From: an uncultured bacterium
Lineage (GTDB): Bacteria; Sysuimicrobiota; Sysuimicrobiia; Sysuimicrobiales; Sysuimicrobiaceae
Direction of reading: 5' to 3'
Assembly: GCA_964437095.1 (NCBI GenBank)
Contig: CAYTFH010000015.1
Coordinates: 851-64,850 of the forward strand
DNA length: 64,000 bases
Under the pieces are notes generated by a model. It made no database searches. It was not told where the DNA came from and was given only the letters and a program-made list of their open reading frames with translations. Position numbers and translations under genes: made by a program. This document shows, one piece after another, positions 38,948 through 48,082 of the stretch (the first letter of the stretch is position 1; each line of letters opens with the position of its first letter).

Positions 38948-41644
38948 GTGAGGAGGGAGCGCGTGAGGTCCGCCAACGAGGTCCGGGAGACCTTCCTACG
39001 GTTCTTCGAGGAGCGGGGCCACGTGCGGGTGCCCAGCATGTCCCTGGTCCCCCAGGACCCCACCCTGCTGTTCACCAACTCCGGGATGGTGCAGTTCAAG
39101 GACGTGTTCCTGGGGGTGGGCACCCGGCCCTACCGCCGCGCGGTGGACGTGCAGAAGTGCATGCGGGTGGCGGGCAAGCACAACGACCTGGAGGACGTGG
39201 GCCGGGACGGCTACCACCACACCTTCTTCGAAATGCTGGGCAACTGGTCCTTCGGGGACTACTACAAGCGCGAGGCCATCGCGTGGGCGTGGGAGCTGCT
39301 CACCCAGGTGTGGGGCCTTCCCCCGGACCGGCTGTGGGCCACCTGCTTCGAGGACGAGTACGGGGAGATCCCCCGGGACGACGAGGCGGCGGAGATCTGG
39401 CTCCAGCAACCGGGGTTCGACCCCTCCCACGTGCTGTTCTTCGGCCGCAGGGAGAACTTCTGGGAGATGGCGGAGGTGGGCCCCTGCGGGCCCGACAGCG
39501 AGATCCACATCGACCGGGGGCCTGAGTTCTGCGACCGGAAGGGCGAGCTGGGGCACACCTGCCGGGTGAACGGGGGCTGCGCGCGGTTCTTGGAGCTGTG
39601 GAACCTGGTGTTCATCCAGTACAACCGCACCGGCCCCACCACCCTGGAGCCCCTGCCCAGCAAGCACGTGGACACGGGGATGGGGTTCGAGCGGCTGCTG
39701 GCGGTGCTGCAGGGCGCCCCGGACAACTACGGCACCGACCTGTTCACGCCCCTCATGGACCGGGTGCAGGAGCTGTGCGGCCAGTGCCACGCGGAGCGGG
39801 CGCGGGACGTGGTGGCCTACCGGGTCATCGCGGACCACGGCCGCGCCGCGGCCTTCCTGGTCGCGGACGGCGTGGTGCCCGGCAACGAGGGCCGCGGGTA
39901 CGTGCTGCGCATGATCCTGCGGCGGGCCGCGCGGTTCGGCAGGAAGCTCGGGTTGACGCGGCCCTTCCTAGCGGAGGTCACGGACGTGGTGGCCGAGCGC
40001 ATGGGGCAGGCGTACCCGGAACTGACTGCCCAGCGGGAGTTCATCCGCCGGGTGGTCACCGCGGAGGAAGAGCGCTTCGCCCGCACCCTGGAGAGCGGTC
40101 TGCTGCGCCTGGAGGAACTCATCCAGGCGGCCAAGGCCCAGGGCCGCACCTGGCTGCGGGGCGAGGACGTGTTCCGGCTGTACGACACCTACGGGTTCCC
40201 GCGGGAGATGACCCTGGACGTGGCCCGGGAGGCCGGTCTGGAGGTGGACTGGGCGGGGTTCGACCGGGAGATGGAGCGCCAGCGGCAGCGGGCCAGGGCG
40301 CGGTCGGCCTTCACCGTGGTGCAGGCTCCCCCCTCCCTGCAGGCGCTGGCGGAGCGGGGCGTGCGCACGGAGTTCGTGGGCTACCGGCGGCTGCGGGCTG
40401 TGGGGAAGGTGGTGGCCATCCTCCGGGACGGCGCGGGGGTGGACGCCGCAGGCCCCGGGGAGACGGTGGACGTGGTCCTGGACCGCACCCCCTTCTACGC
40501 GGAGGCCGGTGGCCAGGTGGGGGACACCGGCTGGCTGGTGGGCAAGGCCTTGCGCTTCGAGGTCACGGACACCCAGCGGCCTGCGGGGCAGGTGGTGGTG
40601 CACCGGGGCGTGGTGCGGCACGGGACCCTGCGGGTGGGGGACCGGGTGCGGGCCGAGGTGGACGCCGCGAGGCGCAGGGAGATCATGCGGCACCACACCG
40701 CCACCCACCTGCTGCACAAAGCCCTGCGGGAGGTCTTGGGGGAGCACGCGCGACAGGCGGGGTCCCTGGTGGCCCCGGACCGGCTGCGGTTCGACTTCCT
40801 GCACCTGCAGCCCCTCACCCCGGACCAGCTGGAGGCGGTGGAGCGCCGGGTGAACGAGAAGGTCCTGGAGGCCATCCCCGTGCGGGTGGCCTTCATGTCC
40901 TACGGGGAAGCCCTACGGCGCGGCGCCGTGGCCCTGTTCGAAGAGAAGTACGGGGACGTGGTGCGGGTGGTGTCCGTGGGGGACTACAGCCGGGAGCTCT
41001 GCGGCGGCACCCACCTGCGGAACACCAGCGAGGTGGGGCTGTTCCGCATCGTGCAGGAGACGGGAGTGGCCTCCGGTGTGCGGCGCATCGAGGCGGTGGC
41101 GGGCTGGGCCGCGTACCGGTGGGCCAGGGCCCAGGGGGAGTTGCTGCAGGCAGCGGCCCAGAAGCTGCGGGCTTCGCCCGAGGAGTTCCCCGGCCGCGTG
41201 GACCGGCTGCTACACCAGTTGCGGGAGCTGGAACGCCAGTTGTCAGCCCTGCAGCAGGGCGTGGGCGCCGCGGAGCTGGACCGGGTGCTGCAGGGCGTGC
41301 GGGAAGTGGGCGGCGTCCGCGTGGTGAGCGCACGGTTCGACGGACTGCGGGAGGAAGCCCTGCGGGCCATCGGGGACCGGCTGAGGGAGCGGCTGCGCAC
41401 CGGGGCGGTGGTGCTGGGCAGCGCCCTGGACGGCCGCGTGGCCCTGGTGGCCATGGTCACCCGCGACCTCACGGACCGCCTGAAGGCGGCGGACCTCATC
41501 CAGCCCGTGGCGGAGCTGGTGGGAGGCCGGGGCGGCGGGCGTCCGGAGCTGGCCCACGCCGGCGGCAGACACCCCGACCGGCTGGACGAGGCTCTGCAGA
41601 GGGTCCCCGAGTTCGTCCAGAAGCTGCTGGAGCGCGGCCGGTGA
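38948..41644 (+). CDS. alaS: alanine--tRNA ligase
   Basis: class II core, editing-domain HxxxH/CGGTH motif, 898 aa. Confidence 0.95.
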   Translation: MRRERVRSANEVRETFLRFFEERGHVRVPSMSLVPQDPTLLFTNSGMVQFKDVFLGVGTRPYRRAVDVQKCMRVAGKHNDLEDVGRDGYHHTFFEMLGNWSFGDYYKREAIAWAWELLTQVWGLPPDRLWATCFEDEYGEIPRDDEAAEIWLQQPGFDPSHVLFFGRRENFWEMAEVGPCGPDSEIHIDRGPEFCDRKGELGHTCRVNGGCARFLELWNLVFIQYNRTGPTTLEPLPSKHVDTGMGFERLLAVLQGAPDNYGTDLFTPLMDRVQELCGQCHAERARDVVAYRVIADHGRAAAFLVADGVVPGNEGRGYVLRMILRRAARFGRKLGLTRPFLAEVTDVVAERMGQAYPELTAQREFIRRVVTAEEERFARTLESGLLRLEELIQAAKAQGRTWLRGEDVFRLYDTYGFPREMTLDVAREAGLEVDWAGFDREMERQRQRARARSAFTVVQAPPSLQALAERGVRTEFVGYRRLRAVGKVVAILRDGAGVDAAGPGETVDVVLDRTPFYAEAGGQVGDTGWLVGKALRFEVTDTQRPAGQVVVHRGVVRHGTLRVGDRVRAEVDAARRREIMRHHTATHLLHKALREVLGEHARQAGSLVAPDRLRFDFLHLQPLTPDQLEAVERRVNEKVLEAIPVRVAFMSYGEALRRGAVALFEEKYGDVVRVVSVGDYSRELCGGTHLRNTSEVGLFRIVQETGVASGVRRIEAVAGWAAYRWARAQGELLQAAAQKLRASPEEFPGRVDRLLHQLRELERQLSALQQGVGAAELDRVLQGVREVGGVRVVSARFDGLREEALRAIGDRLRERLRTGAVVLGSALDGRVALVAMVTRDLTDRLKAADLIQPVAELVGGRGGGRPELAHAGGRHPDRLDEALQRVPEFVQKLLERGR

Positions 41645-42063
41645 GGGCGCGGGTCTTGGCGGTGGACTACGGCGCCCGGCGCATCGGTCTGGCCCTCAGT
41701 GACCCCACCGGGACCGCCACGGAGCCCCTGGCCAACGTACAGCGGCGGGGCGACGACCAGGCCGCCCGGGACGTGGCAGCGGTGGCGCGGGCCCGCGGTG
41801 CGTCCGCCATCGTGGTGGGCCTGCCCCTGAGGATGGACGGCACGGAGGGGCCTCAGGCCGAGGCGGCGCGGCGGTTCGCGGACCGGCTGCGCCGCTACAC
41901 GGGGCTGCCCGTGTACCTGTGGGACGAGCGGCTGACCACGGTCCAGGTGGAGCGGATGCTGGCCGCGGGAGGCCTGAGGCACGAGCGGCGCAAGGCGGTG
42001 CGGGACGGCCTCAGCGCCGCGCTGCTGCTCCGGAGCTTCCTGGAAGCCCACCCCGACCCCTGA
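41641..42063 (+). CDS. ruvX: YqgF/RuvX Holliday-junction resolvase-like pre-16S rRNA nuclease
   Basis: VLAVDYGARRIGLALSD RNaseH-like start; GTGA overlap with alaS. Confidence 0.85.
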   Translation: MRARVLAVDYGARRIGLALSDPTGTATEPLANVQRRGDDQAARDVAAVARARGASAIVVGLPLRMDGTEGPQAEAARRFADRLRRYTGLPVYLWDERLTTVQVERMLAAGGLRHERRKAVRDGLSAALLLRSFLEAHPDP

Positions 42064-42198
42064 AGGTTCTCCCGGGAGACGGCGGCCGGCCCGGCGCGGT
42101 ACCATAGGTGGGCAAGGAGCCGGGGTGCCGCGCGCCGTGCGCCGCGGCCGCGACGGGTGGCCCTCCTGCTCTTGCCAACCCCTGGGGGAGGTGCAGAC

Positions 42199-42477
42199 GT
42201 GGGCCGCGCGGACGGCACGGAACTGGACGTCATCACCGTGAGCGACGAGGAGGGCCGCCAGCACGAGTTCACCGTGCTGGAGTACGTGGAGGTGGACGAC
42301 CGCCGGTACGTGGTGGTGGTGCCCACCGACGCGCCGGAGGACGAAGCAGCAGTGATCCTCCGGGTGGAAGGAGACACCCTCGTGAGCGTGGACGACGAGG
42401 ACGAGTTCGACCGGGTGGTGGCCGCCCTCGAGAGCGAGCAGGAGGACGTCGAGGTCGAGGTGGAGGAAGACGGGTAA
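42199..42477 (+). CDS. DUF1292 family acidic protein
   Basis: DEEGRQHEFTVLEYVEVDDRRYVV motif; GGAGG then 7 nt then GTG; position after ruvX as in Firmicutes. Confidence 0.7.
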   Translation: MGRADGTELDVITVSDEEGRQHEFTVLEYVEVDDRRYVVVVPTDAPEDEAAVILRVEGDTLVSVDDEDEFDRVVAALESEQEDVEVEVEEDG

Positions 42478-42485
42478 CGCTTCCG

Positions 42486-43469
42486 GTGAAGGGGAGGGCT
42501 TGGCTGGGTGCAGCCGCCGCGGCCGCGGCCCTGGCCGGCTTTTCCGCGTGGCTGGTGGCGCCTGCAGGCGGTGGGGGGCCGGTGGTGGTGGAGATCCCGG
42601 CGGGGGCCGACGCCTCCCGCGTGGCCGCGCTGCTGCACCGCCACGGCCTCGTCCGCAGCCCCCTGGCTTTCCGCGTATGGGCTCGGTGGCAGGGCGCAGA
42701 GGGCCGCATCCAGGCGGGTGAGTACCGGTTCTCCCCGCAGGAAGGCCTTCCGTCGATCCTGCGCCGGCTGGTCACCGGCGACGTGGTACGCCACGGGGTC
42801 ACCATCCCCGAGGGGTTCTCCGCCCGGGACGTGGCCCGGCGGCTGGCGGACCTGCGCCTAGCGGACGAGCGTGCGTTCCTGGAAGAGGTGGGCCGGGCGG
42901 ACCGGTACTGGATCCCGGAGATGGAGGGGAACGCCACCGGCAGCGTGGAGGGTTACCTGTTTCCCGACACCTACTGGTTCCCCAGAGGACTGCCGCCGGA
43001 GAGGCTGGTGGCGGCCATGCTGGCCCGCTTCCGGCAAGCCACCGCACCCCTGTGGTCGCTGCCCCGGCCCTGGGGCCTCACGCCCCACGAGGTGGTGACC
43101 GTGGCGTCGCTGGTGGAGCGGGAAGCGCGGTGGGACTCAGAGCGCGCCCGCATCGCAGGGGTGCTGTACAACCGCCTGCGCCGGGGGATGCCGTTGCAGG
43201 TGGATGCCACGGTGCTGTACGCCCTGGGGCAGCACAAGGAACGGGTGCTGTACCAGGACCTGGAGGTGGACTCTCCCTACAACACGTACCGGAGGGCGGG
43301 GCTGCCCCCCGGCCCCATCGCCAACCCGGGCCTGGCGAGCCTGCGCGCCGCCCTGCAGCCGGAGGCCCACGACTACCTGTACTACGTGGCCCGCCCGGAC
43401 GGCACCCACGCCTTCACCCGCACCCTGGCAGAACACGAGCGGGCGCGGCGGGCCCTCCAGCGGCCCTAG
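42486..43469 (+). CDS. mltG: endolytic murein transglycosylase MltG (YceG-like)
   Basis: N-terminal TM; YLFPDTYWF and SPYNTY YceG motifs. Confidence 0.85.
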   Translation: MKGRAWLGAAAAAAALAGFSAWLVAPAGGGGPVVVEIPAGADASRVAALLHRHGLVRSPLAFRVWARWQGAEGRIQAGEYRFSPQEGLPSILRRLVTGDVVRHGVTIPEGFSARDVARRLADLRLADERAFLEEVGRADRYWIPEMEGNATGSVEGYLFPDTYWFPRGLPPERLVAAMLARFRQATAPLWSLPRPWGLTPHEVVTVASLVEREARWDSERARIAGVLYNRLRRGMPLQVDATVLYALGQHKERVLYQDLEVDSPYNTYRRAGLPPGPIANPGLASLRAALQPEAHDYLYYVARPDGTHAFTRTLAEHERARRALQRP

Positions 43470-43472
43470 CCC

Positions 43473-44018
43473 ATGCGGCCGGGCCACAGCTGGGTCCCCC
43501 ACATGGCGGTGCGACGTGTGAGCGACATCCCCTTGGAGTTGCTGGTCCTCCGGGGAATCCGGGCTGTGGTGTTCGACCTGGACAACACCCTGGTGCCCTA
43601 CGGATCTTCGGAAGTCCCCGAGGATGTGGCCCGGTGGCTGGAGGAGTTCCGGCGGCGCGGCCTCGCAGGGGCGTTGGTGTCCAACACCCTGCCCGGCAGG
43701 GCGAGGGCCTTGGCGTCGCGCCTGGGCTGGCCCGCGGTCGGGGGCTGGCCCAAGCCCAACCCGGGCAGGCTCCGGCGGGCCATGGCCCTACTGGGCACAA
43801 CACCCGCCACCACGGCCTCCGTGGGGGACCAGCTGTTCACGGACGTCTGGCCGGCGAACCTCCTGGGGCTGTTCACCATCCTGGTGGAGCCCCTGCACCC
43901 CCGGGAGTTCCCCACCACCCGGCTGGTCCGCTGGCTGGAGCGCCTGGCCGGCCGGGGCAGAATCGTCCGGCAGCGTTCGGGCAGGATTTCCCCGCAGGTC
44001 GGTGGAACCAACTCCTAG
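43473..44018 (+). CDS. HAD-IIIA phosphatase, YqeG-like
   Basis: VVFDLDNTLV motif I, VSNT motif II, GDQLFTD motif IV. Confidence 0.75.
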   Translation: MRPGHSWVPHMAVRRVSDIPLELLVLRGIRAVVFDLDNTLVPYGSSEVPEDVARWLEEFRRRGLAGALVSNTLPGRARALASRLGWPAVGGWPKPNPGRLRRAMALLGTTPATTASVGDQLFTDVWPANLLGLFTILVEPLHPREFPTTRLVRWLERLAGRGRIVRQRSGRISPQVGGTNS

Positions 44019-44046
44019 TCCGGCGGGTGCGCGGGGAACAAGGGCG

Positions 44047-44418
44047 ATGTCGCTGCGGGACGTTCTGCGGGAGATCCTCTCCAGCGTGGAAGGAGCCCTG
44101 GGGGTGGCGGTGGTGCGCCTGGACGGTCAGGTGGTGGACAGCTACAGCTTGGACGGCGGGTTACGGATCGAGAAGGTGGCCCCGGATCTGGGGATCCTGG
44201 CCAAGGTGTCCGCGTACGCCGCCCGCAAGCTCAGCGCCGGGCCCGTGGACTACTCCGTGGTGTCCGCGGAGAAGTACGTCCTGTTGCTCTCCGCGGTGGA
44301 GGTGGACTACGCCCTGGTGATCGCCCTCCGCCAGGGAGGCAACCTGGGCAAGGCCCGCCTGCAGATGAAGAAGAACCTGGACCGGGTGGCCGCACAGCTG
44401 CGTACTTCGGTCTCGTGA
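44047..44418 (+). CDS. roadblock/LC7 (MglB-like) domain protein
   Basis: 123 aa; alpha-beta-alpha roadblock pattern GALGVAVVRLDGQVVDS... Confidence 0.65.
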   Translation: MSLRDVLREILSSVEGALGVAVVRLDGQVVDSYSLDGGLRIEKVAPDLGILAKVSAYAARKLSAGPVDYSVVSAEKYVLLLSAVEVDYALVIALRQGGNLGKARLQMKKNLDRVAAQLRTSVS

Positions 44419-45323
44419 AGCCCGCCCTGCGTCCCTGGCCGGTGAGCGTGGTGGCCGTGTGCGTGTGCGCTCTGGCCGCCTCCGCTGCAGGGGCGTCCCC
44501 TGACCCCGGCGCCGCAGGAAGATCCCTCTACCAGGCCGGCCGGTACCGGGAGGCCGCTCAAGCCTTCAGGGAGGCCACCCTGCGCCGGCCGTCCGACCCC
44601 GCGGCGTGGCTGTGGTACGGCGCGGCCCTGCTCATGGCGGGCCGCGCGGGGGAGGCGCTGGAGCCCCTGCGCCGCGCCGCCCACGGGCCTGGGGCGGCCC
44701 ACGCGTGGCTGTGGGCGGGGGTCGCCTACGAGCAGCTGGGCCAGGACGCCGCGGCCAGGACGGCTTACCAGACCGTCCTACGCCTACACCCCGCCAGCGA
44801 GGCCGCGTATTGGGCCGCCCGCCGCCTCCGGGCCCTGCGCGCCGCGGAGCAAGCTCAGGCCCTCGCCACGGACCCCGGTACCTACGAGAAGCTCGCGCTT
44901 CAGCACAACCCGCGCCTTGCACCCCACGAAGCCCGGCGCATCGGCCAGGCCCTGGTGCACTACGGCCGTGCCTTCGACGTGGACCCCAGGTTCGTCAGCG
45001 CCGTGGTGCTGGTGGAGTCGGGCTTCAATCCCCGCGCCGTCTCCCCCGCGGGAGCCCTGGGCCTGGGCCAGCTGATGCCCGAGGTGGCCCGGTCCGCGGG
45101 GGTGCGGGACCCCTTCTCCATCGAGGACAACCTGTACGGCACCGTGCGGGTTCTGCGGGGCCACCTGGACCGGTTCGGCTACCACTGGGTGCAGCTGGCC
45201 CTAGCCGCCTACAACGCGGGAACGGGGGCGGTGAGCCGCCACGGCGGGGTCCCGCCGTACCCGGAGACGGGGTGGTACGTGTACCACGTGAGCCGGCTTT
45301 ACCTGCGCTTCCTCGGGCCGTAG
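44415..45323 (+). CDS. secreted lytic transglycosylase (SLT domain) with N-terminal TPR repeats
   Basis: signal peptide, TPR-like repeats, SLT motifs VESGFNP...GLGQLMP...AAYNAG. Confidence 0.8.
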   Translation: MKPALRPWPVSVVAVCVCALAASAAGASPDPGAAGRSLYQAGRYREAAQAFREATLRRPSDPAAWLWYGAALLMAGRAGEALEPLRRAAHGPGAAHAWLWAGVAYEQLGQDAAARTAYQTVLRLHPASEAAYWAARRLRALRAAEQAQALATDPGTYEKLALQHNPRLAPHEARRIGQALVHYGRAFDVDPRFVSAVVLVESGFNPRAVSPAGALGLGQLMPEVARSAGVRDPFSIEDNLYGTVRVLRGHLDRFGYHWVQLALAAYNAGTGAVSRHGGVPPYPETGWYVYHVSRLYLRFLGP

Positions 45324-45414
45324 ACCACCCCGGTCCCCTTTTCGCGAAGGTGTAAGGTCTCTCGGACACCCTCCTCGGAGCGTGTCCGAAGAACGCCCGA
45401 AGTCAATGACGACC

Positions 45415-45453
45415 GGGGTCCCCAAAATCCCGCGAGCGATTCTGGGGCGGTCT
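45415..45453. repeat. copy 2 of the palindromic intergenic motif
   Basis: GGGGTCCCCAAAATCCCGCGAGCGATTCTGGGGCGGTCT; stem retains pairing through changed bases (GAGG/CTC versus AAA/TCTG). Confidence 0.6.
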
Positions 45454-45460
45454 CGTGACT

Positions 45461-45476
45461 GGCCTGGAAGTTGCTC
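45461..45476 (+). repeat. 16-mer GGCCTGGAAGTTGCTC upstream of the LivJ-like binding-protein gene
   Basis: identical 16-mer recurs at 46657..46672 upstream of the TAXI binding-protein gene. Confidence 0.55.
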
Positions 45477-45521
45477 CGCAGGAGGCCGCAGGCCGGCGTC
45501 CTCAGAAAGGGGGGAACGAGC

Positions 45522-46649
45522 GTGGTGCGACACGCGTTGCGGTGGGTTTTGGTGCTGTGGGTGCTGCTCGCCCTGGCCGGGTGCGGCGGGTCGAGCTCGT
45601 CCCAGGTGACCGTGCGGGTCGGGGTGATCCTGCCCACCACCAGCGGGATGGCCGCGGCGGCGGCCAGCGCCCTGCGGGGAGCCCAGATGGCGGCGGACGA
45701 GGTGAACGCGGAACGGCGGGTGCGCCTGGTCCTGGTCACCCACGACGACTACGGCTCGCCCCAGAAGGCCATCGAGCTGTTCCAGCGGCTGAGCTCCGAC
45801 CCGGGGGTGGCCGCGGTGATCGGGGGGGTCACGGACGCGGTGGCGGTCCAGCTGTCCGCGGTGGCCTCCGCCACCCAAACCCCCCTGTTGAGCCCGGGTG
45901 CCACCGGCCCCATCCCCTTCGCTGGCCAGTACTTCTTCCGCACGTCCTTGCCCTCTTCGGTGCAGGGCAAAGCCTTGGCGGAGTACGCCCTGAGCAAGGG
46001 GATGGGTCAGGCGTCGGTGGTCCAGGACACCAACGAATACGGCAGCGCGGTGGCCGAGGGGTTCTCCCAGGCCATGCGGGCGGGAGGGGGCACGGTGCTG
46101 AGCCAGCACCTGTTCACCGACGGCACCCGGGACTTCTCGCCCGTGGTGCGTGCCCTGCAGCGGGAGAGGCCGGACGTGGTCCTGTTCGCAGGCTACCCCG
46201 ACGAGGGGGTGATCTTCGTCCAGCAGCTGGCCCAGGCGGGCGTCCCGACGGCTCTTCTGGCGCCGGACTCGTTCGCCAGCCCGGAGCTGGCAGCCGCAGT
46301 CCCACGGCGGGGGATGGTGGTGGCCTCCGTGTTCTTCGCCGACAGCCCCATGCCGCGGGTCCGGGCCTTTGTGCGGGAGTTCCGCAGCCGCTACGGCCAG
46401 AGCCCGGACGCATTCGCCGCCCAGGCGTACGACGCGGTGAAGCTGGTGGCCGTGGCCGTGAAGCGCCTGGGCCCGGGCGCCTACCAGTCCCAGGACCGCG
46501 TGGACCGCGCCAAGCTGAGGGACGCGTTGGCCGCCACCCAGGACTTCCCCGGGGTCACGGGGACCATCACCTTCGACCGCCTAGGTAACCCGGCCCGGGA
46601 CGTGCAGCTCCTGCGGGTGGACGGGGGCAGGCTGGTGGTCCTGCCGTGA
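45522..46649 (+). CDS. lipoprotein; LivJ/LivK-type (PBP type I) ABC substrate-binding protein, orphan
   Basis: LAGCGG lipobox; Leu/Ile/Val-binding-fold pattern; no permease or ATPase adjacent. Confidence 0.75.
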   Translation: MVRHALRWVLVLWVLLALAGCGGSSSSQVTVRVGVILPTTSGMAAAAASALRGAQMAADEVNAERRVRLVLVTHDDYGSPQKAIELFQRLSSDPGVAAVIGGVTDAVAVQLSAVASATQTPLLSPGATGPIPFAGQYFFRTSLPSSVQGKALAEYALSKGMGQASVVQDTNEYGSAVAEGFSQAMRAGGGTVLSQHLFTDGTRDFSPVVRALQRERPDVVLFAGYPDEGVIFVQQLAQAGVPTALLAPDSFASPELAAAVPRRGMVVASVFFADSPMPRVRAFVREFRSRYGQSPDAFAAQAYDAVKLVAVAVKRLGPGAYQSQDRVDRAKLRDALAATQDFPGVTGTITFDRLGNPARDVQLLRVDGGRLVVLP

Positions 46650-46656
46650 ACCCGGT

Positions 46657-46672
46657 GGCCTGGAAGTTGCTC
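46657..46672 (+). repeat. 16-mer GGCCTGGAAGTTGCTC upstream of the TAXI binding-protein gene
   Basis: exact repeat of 45461..45476. Confidence 0.55.
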
Positions 46673-46776
46673 TGAAGCTTTCAGGCAGGTTCGCTGGAGC
46701 TCCCCGGAAGGATCTCGCGGGCCCAGGGGGAAAGCCTACCGGTGCGATGCAATCCAACCCGAGGGGAGGGATTCGC

Positions 46777-47757
46777 GTGAGGGCTCGGTGGGTCGTCGCT
46801 CTGGTGGGGCTGGTGCTGGGGGTGGCGGCGGTGGGGACCGCTCAGCCCCGCCGGTTCGTGAACTTGGCCACGGGCGGGACCGCGGGCGTGTACTTCCCCC
46901 TGGGTAGCGCCCTCGCCCGCCTGTGGACGGAGCGGGTCCCGGGCGTTCAGGCCACCGCGCAGACCACCGGTGCATCCGTGGCCAACGTGCGGCTGCTGCA
47001 GCGGGGCGACGTGGAGGTGGCCTTCGCGCAGAACGACATCGTGTACTACGCGTACAACGGGATCGAGATGTTCAGCCGGGACCCCCAGACCCGGCTCCGG
47101 GGCATGGCCATGCTGTACCCGGAGACCATCCAGATCGTCACCCTGCGGCAGAAGAACATCAACTCCGTGGCGGACCTGGCGGGCAAGCGGGTGGCGGTGG
47201 GGGCGCCCGGGAGCGGCACGGAGGTGAACGCCCGCCAGATCCTCCGGCTGTACGACATCGGCTACGTGCAGACCCGGCAGACCCACGGTTTGCCGCGCAC
47301 GGTGCAGGCGGACTTCCTCAGCTTCGCGGAGGCCGCGGACCAGCTCAAGGACGGGGTCATCGACGCCGCCTTCCTCACCGCGGGGGTCCCCACCGCGGCG
47401 GTGCAGGACATCGCGGCCGCCCGGGACCTCAAGATCGTGCCCATCCCGGCTCAGGACGCGGCGCGGCTGCGGGAGCGCTACCCGTACTACACGCCCGTGA
47501 CCATCCCCGCCAACAGCTACCGCGGGCAGACGGAGGCCGTGCCCACGGTGGCGGTGATGGCCATGTTGGTCACCCGGTCCGACCTACCCGAGGACCTGGT
47601 GTACGAACTCACCAAGGCCATGTGGGAGAACGTGGCCACACTCCACCAGGCCCACGCCCGGGGACGGGACGTCCGCCTGGAGACGGCGCGGGCGGGGATG
47701 CCCATCCCCGTGCACGCCGGCGCCCTGCGGTACTACCGGGAGCGGGGCGCCCGGTGA
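46777..47757 (+). CDS. TAXI-family TRAP transporter solute receptor, orphan
   Basis: signal peptide; GGTAGVYFPLG...AQND TAXI signature; GGGAGGGA then 5 nt then GTG. Confidence 0.75.
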   Translation: MRARWVVALVGLVLGVAAVGTAQPRRFVNLATGGTAGVYFPLGSALARLWTERVPGVQATAQTTGASVANVRLLQRGDVEVAFAQNDIVYYAYNGIEMFSRDPQTRLRGMAMLYPETIQIVTLRQKNINSVADLAGKRVAVGAPGSGTEVNARQILRLYDIGYVQTRQTHGLPRTVQADFLSFAEAADQLKDGVIDAAFLTAGVPTAAVQDIAAARDLKIVPIPAQDAARLRERYPYYTPVTIPANSYRGQTEAVPTVAVMAMLVTRSDLPEDLVYELTKAMWENVATLHQAHARGRDVRLETARAGMPIPVHAGALRYYRERGAR

Positions 47758-47794
47758 GGGCCGGGGGGGCGGCCCCGGGGGAGGCGGTGGACCG

Positions 47795-48082
47795 GTGAGG
47801 CGCGCTTCCGTCAGGCAGGCCCAAGGGACGGACCGTACGACGCCCATCTACCCCATCCGCACCGTGGCGCAGATGACGCAGCTTTCGCCGCAGCGGATCC
47901 GGTCGTGGGAGAGGCAGTACGGCCTCGTGCGGCCCCACCGGACGGATGGCGGGCACCGGCTGTACAGCCAGCAGGACGTGGAGCGCCTGTTGTGGATCAA
48001 GCGGATGGTTCAGGAACAGGGCCTGAGCCTCCAGGGCGTGAGGAGGCTGCTGGAGGAGAGCACCCGACGGTGGGGGCGGTGA
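47795..48082 (+). CDS. MerR-family HTH transcriptional regulator (short, DNA-binding domain only)
   Basis: YPIRTVAQMTQLSPQRIRSWERQYGL...HRLYSQQDVERL. Confidence 0.75.
   Translation: MRRASVRQAQGTDRTTPIYPIRTVAQMTQLSPQRIRSWERQYGLVRPHRTDGGHRLYSQQDVERLLWIKRMVQEQGLSLQGVRRLLEESTRRWGR

Noticed and set aside
41895-42794. 299-aa minus-strand ORF rich in Ser/Thr
   Set aside because: Antisense to ruvX, the DUF1292 gene and mltG. Low-complexity STR-rich translation with no RBS.
45361-45395. Inverted repeat TCGGACAC n12 GTGTCCGA after the lytic transglycosylase gene as a rho-independent terminator
   Set aside because: Perfect 8-bp stem, but no downstream U-tract, and it lies within 20 nt of the palindromic intergenic motif. 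Function unclear, so not called as a terminator.
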